Virus record (IMG/VR): IMGVR_UViG_3300025129_000011
DNA: 64,000 nt
Reading direction: 5' to 3' (one strand)
From: an uncultured virus (IMG/VR IMGVR_UViG_3300025129_000011)
Lineage: Duplodnaviria; Heunggongvirae; Uroviricota; Caudoviricetes
The position numbers and the translations under genes are program-made. Positions 47,465-55,836 of this stretch are shown piece after piece. Numbering within the stretch: position 1 is the stretch's first letter; every line of letters starts with the position of its first letter. Under the pieces are notes generated by a model. It saw only the letters and a list, made by a program, of their open reading frames with translations, did no database searches and had not been told where the DNA came from.

Positions 47465-49915
47465 ATGAGTGACATCAACAAGCAAGATGGTTTTGGATTT
47501 TTAGGAATTCCTTACCAAAGAAGACTTATAACCCAATTAATCACAGACCATAAATTTGCTACAAATATAATGGGGATAGTAGACCCAAACTACTTCACAG
47601 ATTTATATTTGAGAATTATAGCATCTGAAATAAAAAATGCGTTTGAGACTGATGAAGTTATACCAGATATTGAAAGCTTAGAATTTAGGTTAAATGGTAG
47701 AAAAGATAATGAAACTACTAAACTATATATCAAAGCATCAATAGCTGAAATTAAAGATGGTAACCTGAACGATTCAGAATATGTTCAGGATATGGCCATG
47801 AAATTTTGTAAACAACAAGAATTAAAGAAATCAGTTCATGAAATTCAAGAAATAATAGATAAAGGTGATTTAGATTCATATGATGAATGTGAAGAAATAT
47901 TAAAAAGAGCGTTAGAAGTCGGAAGTGATAAAGATTCTGGAATTGATGTTTTTTTTAATATTGAGGCAGTTCTAGAGGATGATTTTAGAAAACCAATACC
48001 TACAGGTATTGCTGGTTTAGATGATAAAATGGGTGGTGGTTTATCAAAAGGTGAATTGGGTGTTATATTAGCACCGTTTGGTGTTGGTAAAGCACAACCA
48101 TTACATTCTAAAATATTAACACCTAATGGTTGGACTACTATGGGTGAGATACAAGTTGGTGATGAAGTTATAAGTAGGGATGGTAAAGCGACTAAAGTCA
48201 CTGGAGTGTTTCCACAAGGCGTTAGACCAATTTATGAGGTTAGATTTAATGATAATACTAAAACTTTATGTGATGCTGAACATTTATGGTCAGTTAATAC
48301 AATCAATCAACGAAATAGAAAAACTAAAAAAAATGGTGTGATGGTTAAATTAGAACCTGATAATTCATTTAAAACTTTAAAAACTATTGATATGGTTGAT
48401 AAAGTTAGGGTTTGGGGTAATAAGCGTTTAAATTATAAAATACCAAATATCTTACCCGTAAATTTTAATAAAAATGAATTAATTATTAACCCATATTTAT
48501 TAGGTGTTATATTAGGTGATGGATGTATAACTGAACATAATCAACCCCATATTACAACTAAAGATGTTGAATTAATAGATGAAATTGAAAAATATCATAA
48601 TAATATTAATATTACTGAGCAAACACGAATGTTTGAAGTTTACAAAAATGGGAAATTTGAAAATGTAGAAAGAACCTTAACAAAAATTTCTTTATTAGGT
48701 ATTAAAGATGATTTAAGTAGTTTAAAATTATATGGTTGTAATTCAGAAACTAAATTTATCCCACATAACTATCTATATTCTTCAGTTGAAGATAGAGTTT
48801 CGTTATTACAAGGATTAGTAGATACTGATGGTTATATTGGTAACAATAGAATTGAGATTTGTACCGTATCAAAAATGATGTCGGAACAAATCAAAGAATT
48901 AGTATTGTCATTAGGTGGTACTTGTAATATAGGTGTAAAAATTGGTAGTTATTTGAAAGAGGGGGTTAAAATTAGATGTAAAAAAGCATATCGAGTTTAT
49001 TTTAGTTTACCAACACAAATAAAATTTAATCCATGTAGACTTGAAAGGAAGTTGAATAATTTAAGTAAAAGGTCTAAATATGCTAATAATAAATTTATTA
49101 CTAGTATTGAATATTCACATGAGGAAGAAGCTCAATGTATTATGGTTGATAATCCAGAACATTTATATATAACTGATGATTATATAGTAACACATAACAC
49201 AACCATGGTCACCAAAATAGCCAACGAAGCTTTTAATCATGGATATAATGTTCTTCAAATATTTTTTGAAGATATTCCTAAAGTGATTCAAAGAAAACAT
49301 TTATCATGTTGGACTGGGATAGCTCAAAACGATTTACCATTAAAAGCAAACAGACCCATCATTGATGAAGTCATGAAAGAAAAAAATGATGGTAAAGGGT
49401 ATTTAGAATTGAAAAAATTTCCTAGTGATGGAACAACAATTCCTATGATTAAAAATTATATTAGAAAACTAGCAGCCGCTGGTAGAAAACCTGATGTAAT
49501 TTTAATTGATTACATTGATTGTGTATCATCAACCAAACATTACGATAAGGGATATGAGGCTGAAGGGCCAATTATGAGACAATTCGAATCATTATTGAGC
49601 GAATTTGATTTGGTTGGATGGACTGCAATTCAAGGTAATCGATGTGTTTCATTAGATACTATTATTGAAGATTCTAAACGTGGTAAAATTGAAATTAGAG
49701 ATGTTAAGTTAGGGGATGAAATTTTAACTCATAAGGGTTACAAAAAAGTTACCCATATATTTCCTATTGCTAAGCAACCAGTTTATAAAATAAAATTAAA
49801 ATCTGGTAAAACCATTAAAGTATCTAAAAAACATAAGTTCCCAACAAAAGATGGTGAAATGTTATCAATTGAAGATGGTTTAAAAGTTGGAAACATACTT
49901 TTAGGTAAAAAATAA
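47465..49915 (+). CDS. dnaB: Replicative DnaB/gp41 helicase, N-terminal fragment (cis intein plus split-intein N half)
   Basis: IPTG..LD..GGL..GELG..APFGVGK|TT, IDYID, WTAIQGNR followed by an intein N-half and a TAA stop. Confidence 0.93.
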   Translation: MSDINKQDGFGFLGIPYQRRLITQLITDHKFATNIMGIVDPNYFTDLYLRIIASEIKNAFETDEVIPDIESLEFRLNGRKDNETTKLYIKASIAEIKDGNLNDSEYVQDMAMKFCKQQELKKSVHEIQEIIDKGDLDSYDECEEILKRALEVGSDKDSGIDVFFNIEAVLEDDFRKPIPTGIAGLDDKMGGGLSKGELGVILAPFGVGKAQPLHSKILTPNGWTTMGEIQVGDEVISRDGKATKVTGVFPQGVRPIYEVRFNDNTKTLCDAEHLWSVNTINQRNRKTKKNGVMVKLEPDNSFKTLKTIDMVDKVRVWGNKRLNYKIPNILPVNFNKNELIINPYLLGVILGDGCITEHNQPHITTKDVELIDEIEKYHNNINITEQTRMFEVYKNGKFENVERTLTKISLLGIKDDLSSLKLYGCNSETKFIPHNYLYSSVEDRVSLLQGLVDTDGYIGNNRIEICTVSKMMSEQIKELVLSLGGTCNIGVKIGSYLKEGVKIRCKKAYRVYFSLPTQIKFNPCRLERKLNNLSKRSKYANNKFITSIEYSHEEEAQCIMVDNPEHLYITDDYIVTHNTTMVTKIANEAFNHGYNVLQIFFEDIPKVIQRKHLSCWTGIAQNDLPLKANRPIIDEVMKEKNDGKGYLELKKFPSDGTTIPMIKNYIRKLAAAGRKPDVILIDYIDCVSSTKHYDKGYEAEGPIMRQFESLLSEFDLVGWTAIQGNRCVSLDTIIEDSKRGKIEIRDVKLGDEILTHKGYKKVTHIFPIAKQPVYKIKLKSGKTIKVSKKHKFPTKDGEMLSIEDGLKVGNILLGKK
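48092..49198 (+). mobile_element. DnaB P-loop cis intein (369 aa), Ala1 class 3, with LAGLIDADG endonuclease
   Basis: GK/AQPL..CDAEHLW..LLGVILGDG..LQGLVDTDG..QCIMVD..VTHN/T; WCT triad. Confidence 0.9.
49643..49912 (+). mobile_element. Split intein N half (90 aa), gp41-8-like
   Basis: GNR/CVSLDT..IEIRDVK.GD..KQPVY.I.LKSGK.I.VS..HKFPTKDG..GLKVG, then stop. Confidence 0.92.
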
Positions 49916-49982
49916 TAATAATCTTTTTTGTATTGCACTTAAACTTTTACATTATCGGTGATATTTATATTAAAATATTATC

Positions 49983-51125
49983 ATGATTAAAATTGACGTA
50001 GAAAATGTAATTAATAGAAAAACCATAAAACCCCTTTATCTAAAAGGGGTTTTAACTCAAAGACATAAAAATGAAATAAATAATATTTGTGATGTATATA
50101 ATAGTGTTACTATAAAAAATAGAATTAAAAATATACACGATTTTATAAAATATGATGTTGACGGTACAATCCCTTGGGTTAAAAGGTTGGAAATTATACA
50201 GAAAGAATTGAATAATGATATTGCTAGTAAGTATGCCTTAGAAATAAGATATGGTAAGTGTAATGTAGATAAAAAGAGGTTTGAATTGGGGGTTAAGTTT
50301 TCTCATACTTTGGAAAAGTATATTGAAAAATATGGTAAAATAATCGGTAATGAAAAGTATGATGAATATTTAAGAAAATCTAAAACACCTTGGGGTTTAA
50401 AAGGTTGTGTGGATAGATATGGTGAAATAGAAGGTAAAAAAAAATGGGTGGAAAGGTTAAATAAAAAAATAAACACTCAAAATGAAAGAAAAAAAATAAA
50501 ACCATATAGGAATGGTAGGACATTGAATGAATATCAAAATAAATATGGTGTAAAACTTGGTTACTTTAAGTGGAAAAAAAGAAATGAAAAGCAGAGTTAT
50601 AGATTCTCAAAAAAATATTATATAAATACTTATGGTAGTGAAAAAGGTAATATTAAATGGGTTGAGTATAAAAAAAGTATGGATAAAACTTCCTTAAAAA
50701 GTTTTATCAATAGGTATGGAGAAAAAGATGGGATTAATAAATATGAATCTTATTTAAGTAAAATTAATGATAGTGGTGTTTTTTATAGTAAAAGTTCACA
50801 AAAGTTATTTTGGTTAATTTATAATCAATTAAGTGACGATAAGAAAAAACTTTGTCGTTTTGCAAAATTAAATGGTGAAGAATATTTCATAGTAAATAAA
50901 TTTGGTTTTAACAATATTTTAGTAGATTTTAAATGTGAGAATAAAATAATCGAATTTGATGGAGATTATTGGCATTTAAATAAAAAACAAATTGAAATTG
51001 ATAAATTGAGGGATGAGTTTTTAACTTCTAAGGGTTATCAGATTTTAAGGGTTAGAGATAGTGAATTTGAGGTTAATAAAGAAAAAGTAATTAAAGAATG
51101 TATAAAATTTATAAAAAATGAATAA
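49983..51125 (+). CDS. Free-standing Vsr-like endonuclease between the dnaB halves
   Basis: Repeated (K/R)YG...G units; VDF..IIEFDGDYWH..D..RD..L..GYQILRV. Confidence 0.85.
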   Translation: MIKIDVENVINRKTIKPLYLKGVLTQRHKNEINNICDVYNSVTIKNRIKNIHDFIKYDVDGTIPWVKRLEIIQKELNNDIASKYALEIRYGKCNVDKKRFELGVKFSHTLEKYIEKYGKIIGNEKYDEYLRKSKTPWGLKGCVDRYGEIEGKKKWVERLNKKINTQNERKKIKPYRNGRTLNEYQNKYGVKLGYFKWKKRNEKQSYRFSKKYYINTYGSEKGNIKWVEYKKSMDKTSLKSFINRYGEKDGINKYESYLSKINDSGVFYSKSSQKLFWLIYNQLSDDKKKLCRFAKLNGEEYFIVNKFGFNNILVDFKCENKIIEFDGDYWHLNKKQIEIDKLRDEFLTSKGYQILRVRDSEFEVNKEKVIKECIKFIKNE

Positions 51126-51633
51126 AAATGAAATTATGAATCTAGAGGGGTTTACTTTAGATGAAATAGAGAGTATTGACTTAATAGGTGAAGAAGATAC
51201 CATAGATATAACTGTGGATGATACCCATATGTTTTTCGCTAATGATATATATACACATAATTCATCGATTAATGCTGAAAATGTTGATTCAAGTATGATT
51301 GGTGGGTCAATCAAAAAAGGTCAAATTGGGCATTTTATTGTTTCAATAGCTAAAGATTTAGACCAAAAAGAGGGTGGTAGAGCTAATATGGCGATATTAA
51401 AATCTAGGTTTGGTGTAGATGGAATTATTTTTACTGATGTAGTATTTGATAACTCCAAAATACAAATAACTATTGATGAAGGTAAAGTATTAAAAGCTTC
51501 AGAAATGGATGACTATAAGAATGAACAAGTTAAAGGAAGAATGAAAGATTTGTTCGAACAATATGAAAAAACTAAAGAAGTTTTAATCACTTCTGAAGTT
51601 GATAAAAAAGAAAAAACAGAGGATGTTAACTAA
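51118..51633 (+). CDS. dnaB: DnaB helicase C-terminal fragment with split-intein C half (51118-51261, 48 aa)
   Basis: DEIESID..G.EDTIDITV..H.FFANDIYTHN/SS, then GGSIKKGQ..ILKSRFG. Confidence 0.92.
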   Translation: MNKNEIMNLEGFTLDEIESIDLIGEEDTIDITVDDTHMFFANDIYTHNSSINAENVDSSMIGGSIKKGQIGHFIVSIAKDLDQKEGGRANMAILKSRFGVDGIIFTDVVFDNSKIQITIDEGKVLKASEMDDYKNEQVKGRMKDLFEQYEKTKEVLITSEVDKKEKTEDVN

Positions 51634-54600
51634 AAAAGAAAAAAGAGTTAAATATTTTAGCGGTGATGATTTAGCCGCAACGGTTTGGAATGATAAATAC
51701 AAACTAGGGGATGAAGGTTCGGAAATTGAAGAATCTACGCCAGCTGATATGCACTTAAGAATGGCAAAAGAATTTGCTAGAGTTGATGGTAAATATCAAG
51801 TAAAAGAATTAAAAAAATTATTGGATAATCCAGAAATTAAACTTAGTGATTATGGATTTAATCGTAAAGATTTAACAGTTAAAGAAATATACGCTTTATT
51901 GGAGAATTTTGGTAAAATAGTTCCACAAGGTTCTGTTATGTCACAGTTAGGTAATGACGAACAAATTGGTTCATTATCTAATTGTTTTGTTATAGGACAA
52001 CCTGAAGATTCTTATGGTGGAATTATGCTTAAAGACCAAGAATTGGTTCAATTGATGAAACGTAGAGGTGGTGTAGGTATCGATATATCGTCATTAAGAC
52101 CTAGTGAAACTCCAACATCAAATGCGGCCAAGAGTTCAACTGGTGCAGTTTCTTTTATGGAAAGATTTAGTAACTCAACTAGAGAAGTTGCTCAAAATGG
52201 TCGTAGAGGTGCACTTATGCTTTCAATTGATGTAAGACATCCAGATGTAGCTGATTTCGTTAAGATTAAGAATGATAGAACCAAAGTTACTGGTGCTAAC
52301 ATATCAGTTTCATTAAGAGATGATTTCATGAAAGCGGTTAAAGCTGATGGGGATTATATTTTAAGATATCCAATTAATGAAGAAATACACCCTGAATGGG
52401 ATGGATTGAATGAATATGAATATAATAAATTATATACGCTAGAAGATGCTAATAACGTTAAAACTTGGGTTAAAAAAATTAAAGCTAAAGAATTATATGA
52501 CCTTATAATTGAGAATGCTTGGGACAACGCTGAACCTGGTCAGATTTTCATTGATAGACACTGGGATTATAGCCCTGATGGTGTTTATCCAGAATATAGA
52601 GGTATAACTACAAACCCTTCATTGCGTCATGATACATTAATACAAACTGATTTAGGGTTATACCCTATAAAGGAATTAGCTGAAAGTGATGGGTTAACAA
52701 TCGTTAAAAATATTAAAAATGAATGGCAAGTTGGTAAAGTGTTTTTATCTGGTAAAGGTAAAGAATTGTATAAAATTACTTTTACTAATGGATATGAAGT
52801 ATATTGCACTGCTGAGCATAAATGGCCGATATTGAATTCACAGAAAAATATTTTTAATAAAGTGAATGGTTCGGTTTTGAAAAAAAGGACTGATGAGTTA
52901 ATGTTTGGACACCCAAAACTTGGTGGTGATAGAACACATTTAGAGTTTAACCCTAATTATGAGGGTAATGTGAGTTGTAAATTAACAAAAAATGATGGAT
53001 TTTTAAGTGGTTATTGGTTAGGTGATGGACACACTTCGATAACAACTGAGGGAGTTAAACAATACGGATTTATAGTATCTGATGATGAATTATTAGATTG
53101 TGGCGATAAATTACTTAATATAATCGGTGAAAATAAAATAAAAAACACTAACAATAATTTTAATAGAGACCATGAAAGTGAAGCATACTCACTATATATT
53201 AGCGAGATTGGATTCAGAGAGTATTGTGATAGATTAAAATTAGGGTATGATAAAATTAATGGGATACCCGAAACAGTTTTCAAAAGTGGTAATAAATTTA
53301 TAAAAGGGTTTATAGATGGATTGTTTTCTGCTGATGGCTCTGTGTGGGCTAATGAAGATTTAGTACATAGTAGAGTTACATTAACAAGTAGTAGATTTAA
53401 CATAGTAAAAGACGTTCAAAAATTATTAAATTTATTTGGAATTTCTAGTAATATACAAGAGCGTAAAGATAAGTTAAATGATAAAACGTTTACTGGGTAT
53501 AATTTAGTTATTAGTGGGGTACACAGTAGGAAATTTGCAACGTGTTTTACTTTAACTTCTAAAGATAAACAAGATAAATTAGATACTATATTAAATTATG
53601 AAAACACATATAAAGATAATAGAGAGTATTTAATTATTAAAAATGTTGAACCAACTGGTATTTTTGAGGATGTGTATGATATAACAGTATTTGATGATAC
53701 ACACACTTTTAAAGGAGAGTTTGGTACGACTGGTAATTGTGGTGAAATATTTATGCAACCATATGATGCTTGTAGATTAATGGCATTGAATTTTTATTCA
53801 TTTGTAGATAACCCATTTACTAAAAACGCTAGAGTCAATTATCAAGCTGTATATGAAGCGGCCTACGAGCAACAAAGATTAGCTGATGATTTAGTTGATT
53901 TAGAATTAGAAAAAATTGATAGAATTATCGCTAAGGTTAAAAATGACCCTGAAAGCGAAATGACAAAAGCTGTTGAATTACAACTTTGGGAAAATATCCG
54001 TAAAGTTGCAGCTTCTGGTAGAAGAACTGGATGTGGTTTTACTGGGTTAGGTGATATGATTGCGGCCACTGGTGTTGATTATGATTCTGAAGAAGGGTTA
54101 GATATCATTGATAAGGTTATGAGGGCTAAAATGAGCGGTGAGTTAGACTGTACTATCGATTTAGCAGCTCTTAGAGGTCATTTCGATGGATATAACAACG
54201 AATTAGAGTATTCTGATGGTGTAGGCACCAATGAGTTCTTTAAGATGCTTAAAACTGAGTTTAAAGAGCAATATGATAGAATGATTATTTATGGAAGAAG
54301 AAACGTATCATTCTCAACGGTTGCACCTACAGGTTGCTTAGTTAAAGAAACTAAACTAAAAACAAATCGAGGTATCATTGAATTGAAAGATTTATTTTTA
54401 ATTAATGGTATTGATATAGATAAATTAAAAAATGAAAAAAATATTTGGTTTGATATTGAAGAAGAAATAATGGTTTATGATATTAATGGTGGTGAACATA
54501 AAATAAATAAATTATATTGGAATGGTTATAGTAAAACTAAAAAAATTAAATTGGGTAATAATGAAAGTGTTGAATCTAGTACCGAACATAAGTGGTTGGT

Positions 54601-54679
54601 TAGGGTTTCTGAAACTGAGGCTAAATGGGTTAGAGCTGACGAATTGAAAATTTCTGATAAAATTATTAAAATAAATTAA
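51623..54679 (+). CDS. nrdJ: Class II (B12) ribonucleotide reductase, N-terminal fragment
   Basis: SLSNCFV, RGGVG.D.S.LRP, GRRGALM, AEPG, TNP|CGE, RRTG.G..G, TVAPTG followed by an intein N-half; ATG at 51623 preferred. Confidence 0.93.
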   Translation: MLTKKEKRVKYFSGDDLAATVWNDKYKLGDEGSEIEESTPADMHLRMAKEFARVDGKYQVKELKKLLDNPEIKLSDYGFNRKDLTVKEIYALLENFGKIVPQGSVMSQLGNDEQIGSLSNCFVIGQPEDSYGGIMLKDQELVQLMKRRGGVGIDISSLRPSETPTSNAAKSSTGAVSFMERFSNSTREVAQNGRRGALMLSIDVRHPDVADFVKIKNDRTKVTGANISVSLRDDFMKAVKADGDYILRYPINEEIHPEWDGLNEYEYNKLYTLEDANNVKTWVKKIKAKELYDLIIENAWDNAEPGQIFIDRHWDYSPDGVYPEYRGITTNPSLRHDTLIQTDLGLYPIKELAESDGLTIVKNIKNEWQVGKVFLSGKGKELYKITFTNGYEVYCTAEHKWPILNSQKNIFNKVNGSVLKKRTDELMFGHPKLGGDRTHLEFNPNYEGNVSCKLTKNDGFLSGYWLGDGHTSITTEGVKQYGFIVSDDELLDCGDKLLNIIGENKIKNTNNNFNRDHESEAYSLYISEIGFREYCDRLKLGYDKINGIPETVFKSGNKFIKGFIDGLFSADGSVWANEDLVHSRVTLTSSRFNIVKDVQKLLNLFGISSNIQERKDKLNDKTFTGYNLVISGVHSRKFATCFTLTSKDKQDKLDTILNYENTYKDNREYLIIKNVEPTGIFEDVYDITVFDDTHTFKGEFGTTGNCGEIFMQPYDACRLMALNFYSFVDNPFTKNARVNYQAVYEAAYEQQRLADDLVDLELEKIDRIIAKVKNDPESEMTKAVELQLWENIRKVAASGRRTGCGFTGLGDMIAATGVDYDSEEGLDIIDKVMRAKMSGELDCTIDLAALRGHFDGYNNELEYSDGVGTNEFFKMLKTEFKEQYDRMIIYGRRNVSFSTVAPTGCLVKETKLKTNRGIIELKDLFLINGIDIDKLKNEKNIWFDIEEEIMVYDINGGEHKINKLYWNGYSKTKKIKLGNNESVESSTEHKWLVRVSETEAKWVRADELKISDKIIKIN
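52619..53737 (+). mobile_element. NrdJ cis intein (373 aa) at the catalytic NP|CGE site, with LAGLIDADG endonuclease
   Basis: NP/SLRHDT..CTAEHKW..SGYWLGDG..FIDGLFSADG..VYDITV..TTGN/CGE. Confidence 0.92.
54335..54676 (+). mobile_element. Split intein N half (114 aa) of NrdJ
   Basis: APTG/CLVKETKL..SSTEHKW..WVRADELK..DKI, then stop. Confidence 0.9.
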
Positions 54680-54726
54680 CTAAAACGCCCTTTGTTTTAT
54701 ACTTATTACAAAGGGCGTTAGTTATG
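54677..54726 (+). promoter_or_regulatory. Hairpin over the endonuclease start region with a promoter-like motif in its loop
   Basis: 12-bp stem aacgccctttgt/acaaagggcgtt, extendable to the A of the ATG; loop contains TACTTAT. Confidence 0.7.
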
Positions 54727-55836
54727 AAAATAAAATATGTAGAATATTATAATGAATTGGTTAGTAAATATGGTGAAGAAGATGGGTTAAAAAAATATAA
54801 ATCATTTTTGAGGTCATCAACATTAGAAACTTATATTATTAAATTTGGTGAAAAGCGTGGTACAGATAAATTCAATAATAAGAAAAAGTCAGGAATATCA
54901 CTAGAAAAAATGATTGAGAAATATGGTGAAAAAGACGGTACTAATAGATATAATAATTGGTTATCTAAAATTAGGCAAGATTTACCAAATTTTATTAAGA
55001 GATATGGTGAAAAAGACGGATTAAAAAAATATAATGAATTTAAAGATAATTGTATTGTTAAAACAAAAATAAAAGAAAACCCCAACTCAAAATATAATAA
55101 TAGGTTACATAATACTAGATATGAATTTTTTTTAGAAGAAAATAATGGTGATATTAATAAAGCTAAAAAACAATTAATTAAAAGACAAAGAACGAGTGAT
55201 TTAAAATCTTTCATTAAAAAACACGGCTTAATAGAGGGTGAAAAAAAATATAAATTAGCTAATAAAAAAAAATCTAATAATATTAAGAATTTTATTAGAT
55301 TATATGGTGATGTTGAAGGTAATAGACGATATTTTAATTATATTAAAAAACTAAAATATATTCATAGTGAAAAATATTATTTAGATAAGTATGGTGAAAT
55401 AGAAGGTAAAGTTAGGTGGGTAGAATTGATTAATAAAAAAACTAATAATTTTATTAATGGTCAATCTAAAATTGGTGATGAATTTTGTAATAATTTATTT
55501 AATGAAATAAAAAAAGATGTTGATGATAAATATTATTTTTCTGAAAATGAATATAAATTCTTTATTCATGATGAAGAATATAAAATAATTCAGCCAGATT
55601 TTTTAATTAAAGAAAGTAAAATAGTTGTTGAATTTTATGGTGATTACTGGCATAGAAATCCAGAAATATATAATGATGATATTTCAAAAATAATTAGGGA
55701 AAAAGATGAAGAAAGGATAAAAAAAATAGAATCTTTAGGGTATATCATATATATTATATGGGAAAAGGAATATCGTTTAAATAAAATTGGAGTAATAAAA
55801 AATTTAAGTAATAAAATAATTAATAAAATAAAATAA
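54724..55836 (+). CDS. Free-standing Vsr-like endonuclease between the nrdJ halves
   Basis: KYGE..G repeats; PDF..VVEFYGDYWH..D.ER..GY.IYIIWE. Confidence 0.85.
   Translation: MKIKYVEYYNELVSKYGEEDGLKKYKSFLRSSTLETYIIKFGEKRGTDKFNNKKKSGISLEKMIEKYGEKDGTNRYNNWLSKIRQDLPNFIKRYGEKDGLKKYNEFKDNCIVKTKIKENPNSKYNNRLHNTRYEFFLEENNGDINKAKKQLIKRQRTSDLKSFIKKHGLIEGEKKYKLANKKKSNNIKNFIRLYGDVEGNRRYFNYIKKLKYIHSEKYYLDKYGEIEGKVRWVELINKKTNNFINGQSKIGDEFCNNLFNEIKKDVDDKYYFSENEYKFFIHDEEYKIIQPDFLIKESKIVVEFYGDYWHRNPEIYNDDISKIIREKDEERIKKIESLGYIIYIIWEKEYRLNKIGVIKNLSNKIINKIK

Noticed and set aside
49913..55836. Group I introns or stop-codon recoding explaining the split dnaB and nrdJ
   Set aside because: The spacers are too short for intron cores, the halves end in TAA, and clear IntN and IntC motifs flank the gaps; long ORFs are intact in code 11
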